Assembly (NCBI GenBank): GCA_034433615.1 | Contig: DAOUAJ010000135.1 | Location: forward strand, 1 to 53,141 | Direction: 5' to 3' | Source: Anaerolineae bacterium | GTDB taxonomy: Bacteria; Chloroflexota; Anaerolineae; DUEN01 | DNA: 53,141 bases | In this document: piece by piece, positions 51,554 through 53,141 of the stretch | How positions within the stretch are numbered: the first letter of the stretch is position 1 | Layout of the letters: the number at the start of each line of letters is the position of its first letter | Notes under the pieces: generated by a model | What the model saw: only the letters and a program-made list of their open reading frames with translations | What the model was told of the DNA's origin: nothing | The model's database searches: none | Position numbers and translations under genes: made by a program

Positions 51554-52990
51554 GTGAGGACCTTCACCGAATATCGTCCCCAGTTGCCTGAGCCAGTGTT
51601 GCCTGCCGCGCGAGCAGCCTGGCTTGACCTGTACTGGCGCGCCTGGGAGCTGGCTGTCCAAAACATCCGCCACGGTACCTCTCAGAACGGCTTCGTGGAC
51701 AGTTTCATTGATGCCGCTTTCTCCGAGAACATCTTCCAGTGGGACACCTGCTTCATCGTGATGTTCGCTCGCTATGCCTGGCATCTGCTGCCTGTGGCCC
51801 CTTCCCTGGACAACTTCTACCGCAAGCAGGAAGGCGATGGCTGGATCTGTCGGGAGTATCGGGGGCCGAACGGTGCTCCCATGTTCGCCAAGGGGAGCGC
51901 GGATGCCATCAATCCTCCGCTCTTCGCCTGGGCAGAGTGGGCCCTGCATCAACTGAGCGGGGACACCGGGCGGCTGGCGCGCGTCTGGCCGCACCTCGTT
52001 CAATATGACGCCTGGTTGCGCCTCCATCAGCGTGGCCCTGAGGGCCTCTACTGGTCCTCACGCCTGGGGTGCGGCATGGACAACACCCCCCGCTTCGTGG
52101 CGCGCTGGGTAGACATGTCCGCCCAGCAGGCGTTGAGCGCCCGTTGTCTGGCAATGATCACCCAGGCCATCGGCCAGTCGGCTCATACCGTATCGGCTTA
52201 CCAGGAGGAGCACGCCTTCCTGGCTCGCCAGATCAATCGCTACATGTGGGACGAGGAAGCGGGCGTGTACTGGGACCTGGACGGCAAGCTGGAGCCGTGG
52301 CCGGCGCTCACCATCGCCCCCTTCTGGACCCTCATCGCCGATGTGGTACCGCCCGCCCGGGCCGAACGGCTGGTGGCTCACCTGCACAACCCCGATCGCT
52401 TCTGGCGAGCGCATCCGTTCCCCACTTTGTCGGCTGACCACCCGGCCTATCACCCGGACGGCGGCTACTGGATGGGGGCGGTCTGGGCTCCTACCAACTA
52501 CGCCGTGATCAAAGGGCTGCGCCAGGCAGGCTTCGGCGACCTGGCCCGTGAGGCTACCGTCCGCCATCTGGATCAAATGGCAACCGTGTTACGGCAAACC
52601 GGCACGCTGTGGGAGAACTACGCACCTGACGCGCCACAGCCAGGCCAGCCCGCCCACGGAGATTTTGTGGGATGGTCCGGCGTCGGCCCCATCGCGCTCC
52701 TCATTGAGGAGATCATCGGGTTGGAGGTGGACGCCGCCCGACAGCACGTGCGCTGGCGGCTGGAAGAAGAGCCCTCCGTGGGGCTGCGCAACCTGCACCT
52801 GGGCGACAACACCATCAGCCTGGTGGCCGAGGCCGAGACGGGAGCGGGCATCCTTGTGCACGTGGAAGCCACCCGGCCATTTCATCTGGAGATCAGCACA
52901 CCCTTCACAGAGTTTGTGGAAGAGGTACCGGCCGGTACCAGCCGCTATACCTTGACTCATTTGAATCGCACGGACGTGCGCGCCGCGTGA
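51554..52990 (+). CDS. (alpha/alpha)6-barrel glycoside hydrolase (GH63/MGH1/trehalase-like)
   Basis: FQWDTCF, INPPLFAWA, GCGMDNTPRF, WDEEAGVYWD, YWMGAVWAPTNY and LWENY...GDFVGWSG are typical of GH63/GH37-clan enzymes. Confidence 0.75.
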   Translation: MRTFTEYRPQLPEPVLPAARAAWLDLYWRAWELAVQNIRHGTSQNGFVDSFIDAAFSENIFQWDTCFIVMFARYAWHLLPVAPSLDNFYRKQEGDGWICREYRGPNGAPMFAKGSADAINPPLFAWAEWALHQLSGDTGRLARVWPHLVQYDAWLRLHQRGPEGLYWSSRLGCGMDNTPRFVARWVDMSAQQALSARCLAMITQAIGQSAHTVSAYQEEHAFLARQINRYMWDEEAGVYWDLDGKLEPWPALTIAPFWTLIADVVPPARAERLVAHLHNPDRFWRAHPFPTLSADHPAYHPDGGYWMGAVWAPTNYAVIKGLRQAGFGDLAREATVRHLDQMATVLRQTGTLWENYAPDAPQPGQPAHGDFVGWSGVGPIALLIEEIIGLEVDAARQHVRWRLEEEPSVGLRNLHLGDNTISLVAEAETGAGILVHVEATRPFHLEISTPFTEFVEEVPAGTSRYTLTHLNRTDVRAA

Positions 52991-53035
52991 GCCCTAGAGT
53001 GTGTAGCTCACGACGGTTTAGAAGTGAAATCAGCC

Positions 53036-53062
53036 GTAGGACAAGTTTGAAACTTGTCCTAC
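53036..53062. repeat. 27-nt near-perfect palindrome GTAGGACAAGTTT-G-AAACTTGTCCTAC
   Basis: 13-nt arms lying 46 nt after the glycosidase stop. It is REP/terminator-like, with no U-tract. Confidence 0.55.
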
Positions 53063-53141
53063 TTCACCCACAAACCTACATGAGTCGAGCGTGTTTGAAA
53101 AACGGGTTTGAGCTTACCAACCCGGCTAAAAGCACGGTGCC

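Overview
GC-rich (~60%) chromosomal segment. Gene content and style suggest Chloroflexota; this is inference only and was not searched. I recognised no rRNA, tRNA, CRISPR array or canonical defence system. Gene map: partial URO-D family gene; a membrane protein; a minus-strand operon of response-regulator/adenylate-cyclase (apparently frameshifted)-ccmH-ccmG-ccmF plus a zinc-ribbon membrane protein; an SDR; an FmdB zinc ribbon; a 636-aa secreted protein plus a TgpA-like transglutaminase; a thioredoxin-VKOR fusion, a TPR protein and an MBL hydrolase; a wHTH gene plus a 799-aa protein resembling a methylase/nuclease with degenerate motifs; a GalE-like epimerase; a LysM/YkuD L,D-transpeptidase; an atypical stand-alone receiver; an IS630-type HTH remnant; YabN/MazG; a complete NAD-linked [NiFe] hydrogenase cluster (fdx-hoxE-F-U-Y-H-W); GxxExxY gene relics; a 1047-aa T/P-linker surface protein; an RmlC-like cupin; a TIM-barrel isomerase; an isolated nuoB-nuoCD-nuoI cluster plus a CxxC protein; folC; lon; a lipoprotein plus an AlbA_2/HATPase/HTH gene pair; a cohesin/SdrD-B protein; and an (alpha/alpha)6 glycosidase. 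Best novelty candidates, all unverified: (1) an 83-nt element present twice at 93% identity exactly 2,900 bp apart, bracketing a two-gene cassette, with two mutually exclusive hairpins; (2) a dispersed TCAGCNN/NNGCTGA heptamer-array family, including a 7+7 unit palindrome; (3) an orphan extended -10 promoter followed by a ~170-nt RNA closed by a 16-17 bp helix; (4) an isolated complex-I Q-module whose NuoB and NuoI carry tails with a shared repeated motif; (5) a canonical X_XXY_YYZ slippery heptamer exactly at the REC/cyclase frame break; (6) a short C-terminal LPxhhR-like motif on three secreted proteins. Every call comes from reading the sequence and recalling family motifs. No database search or folding program was run.
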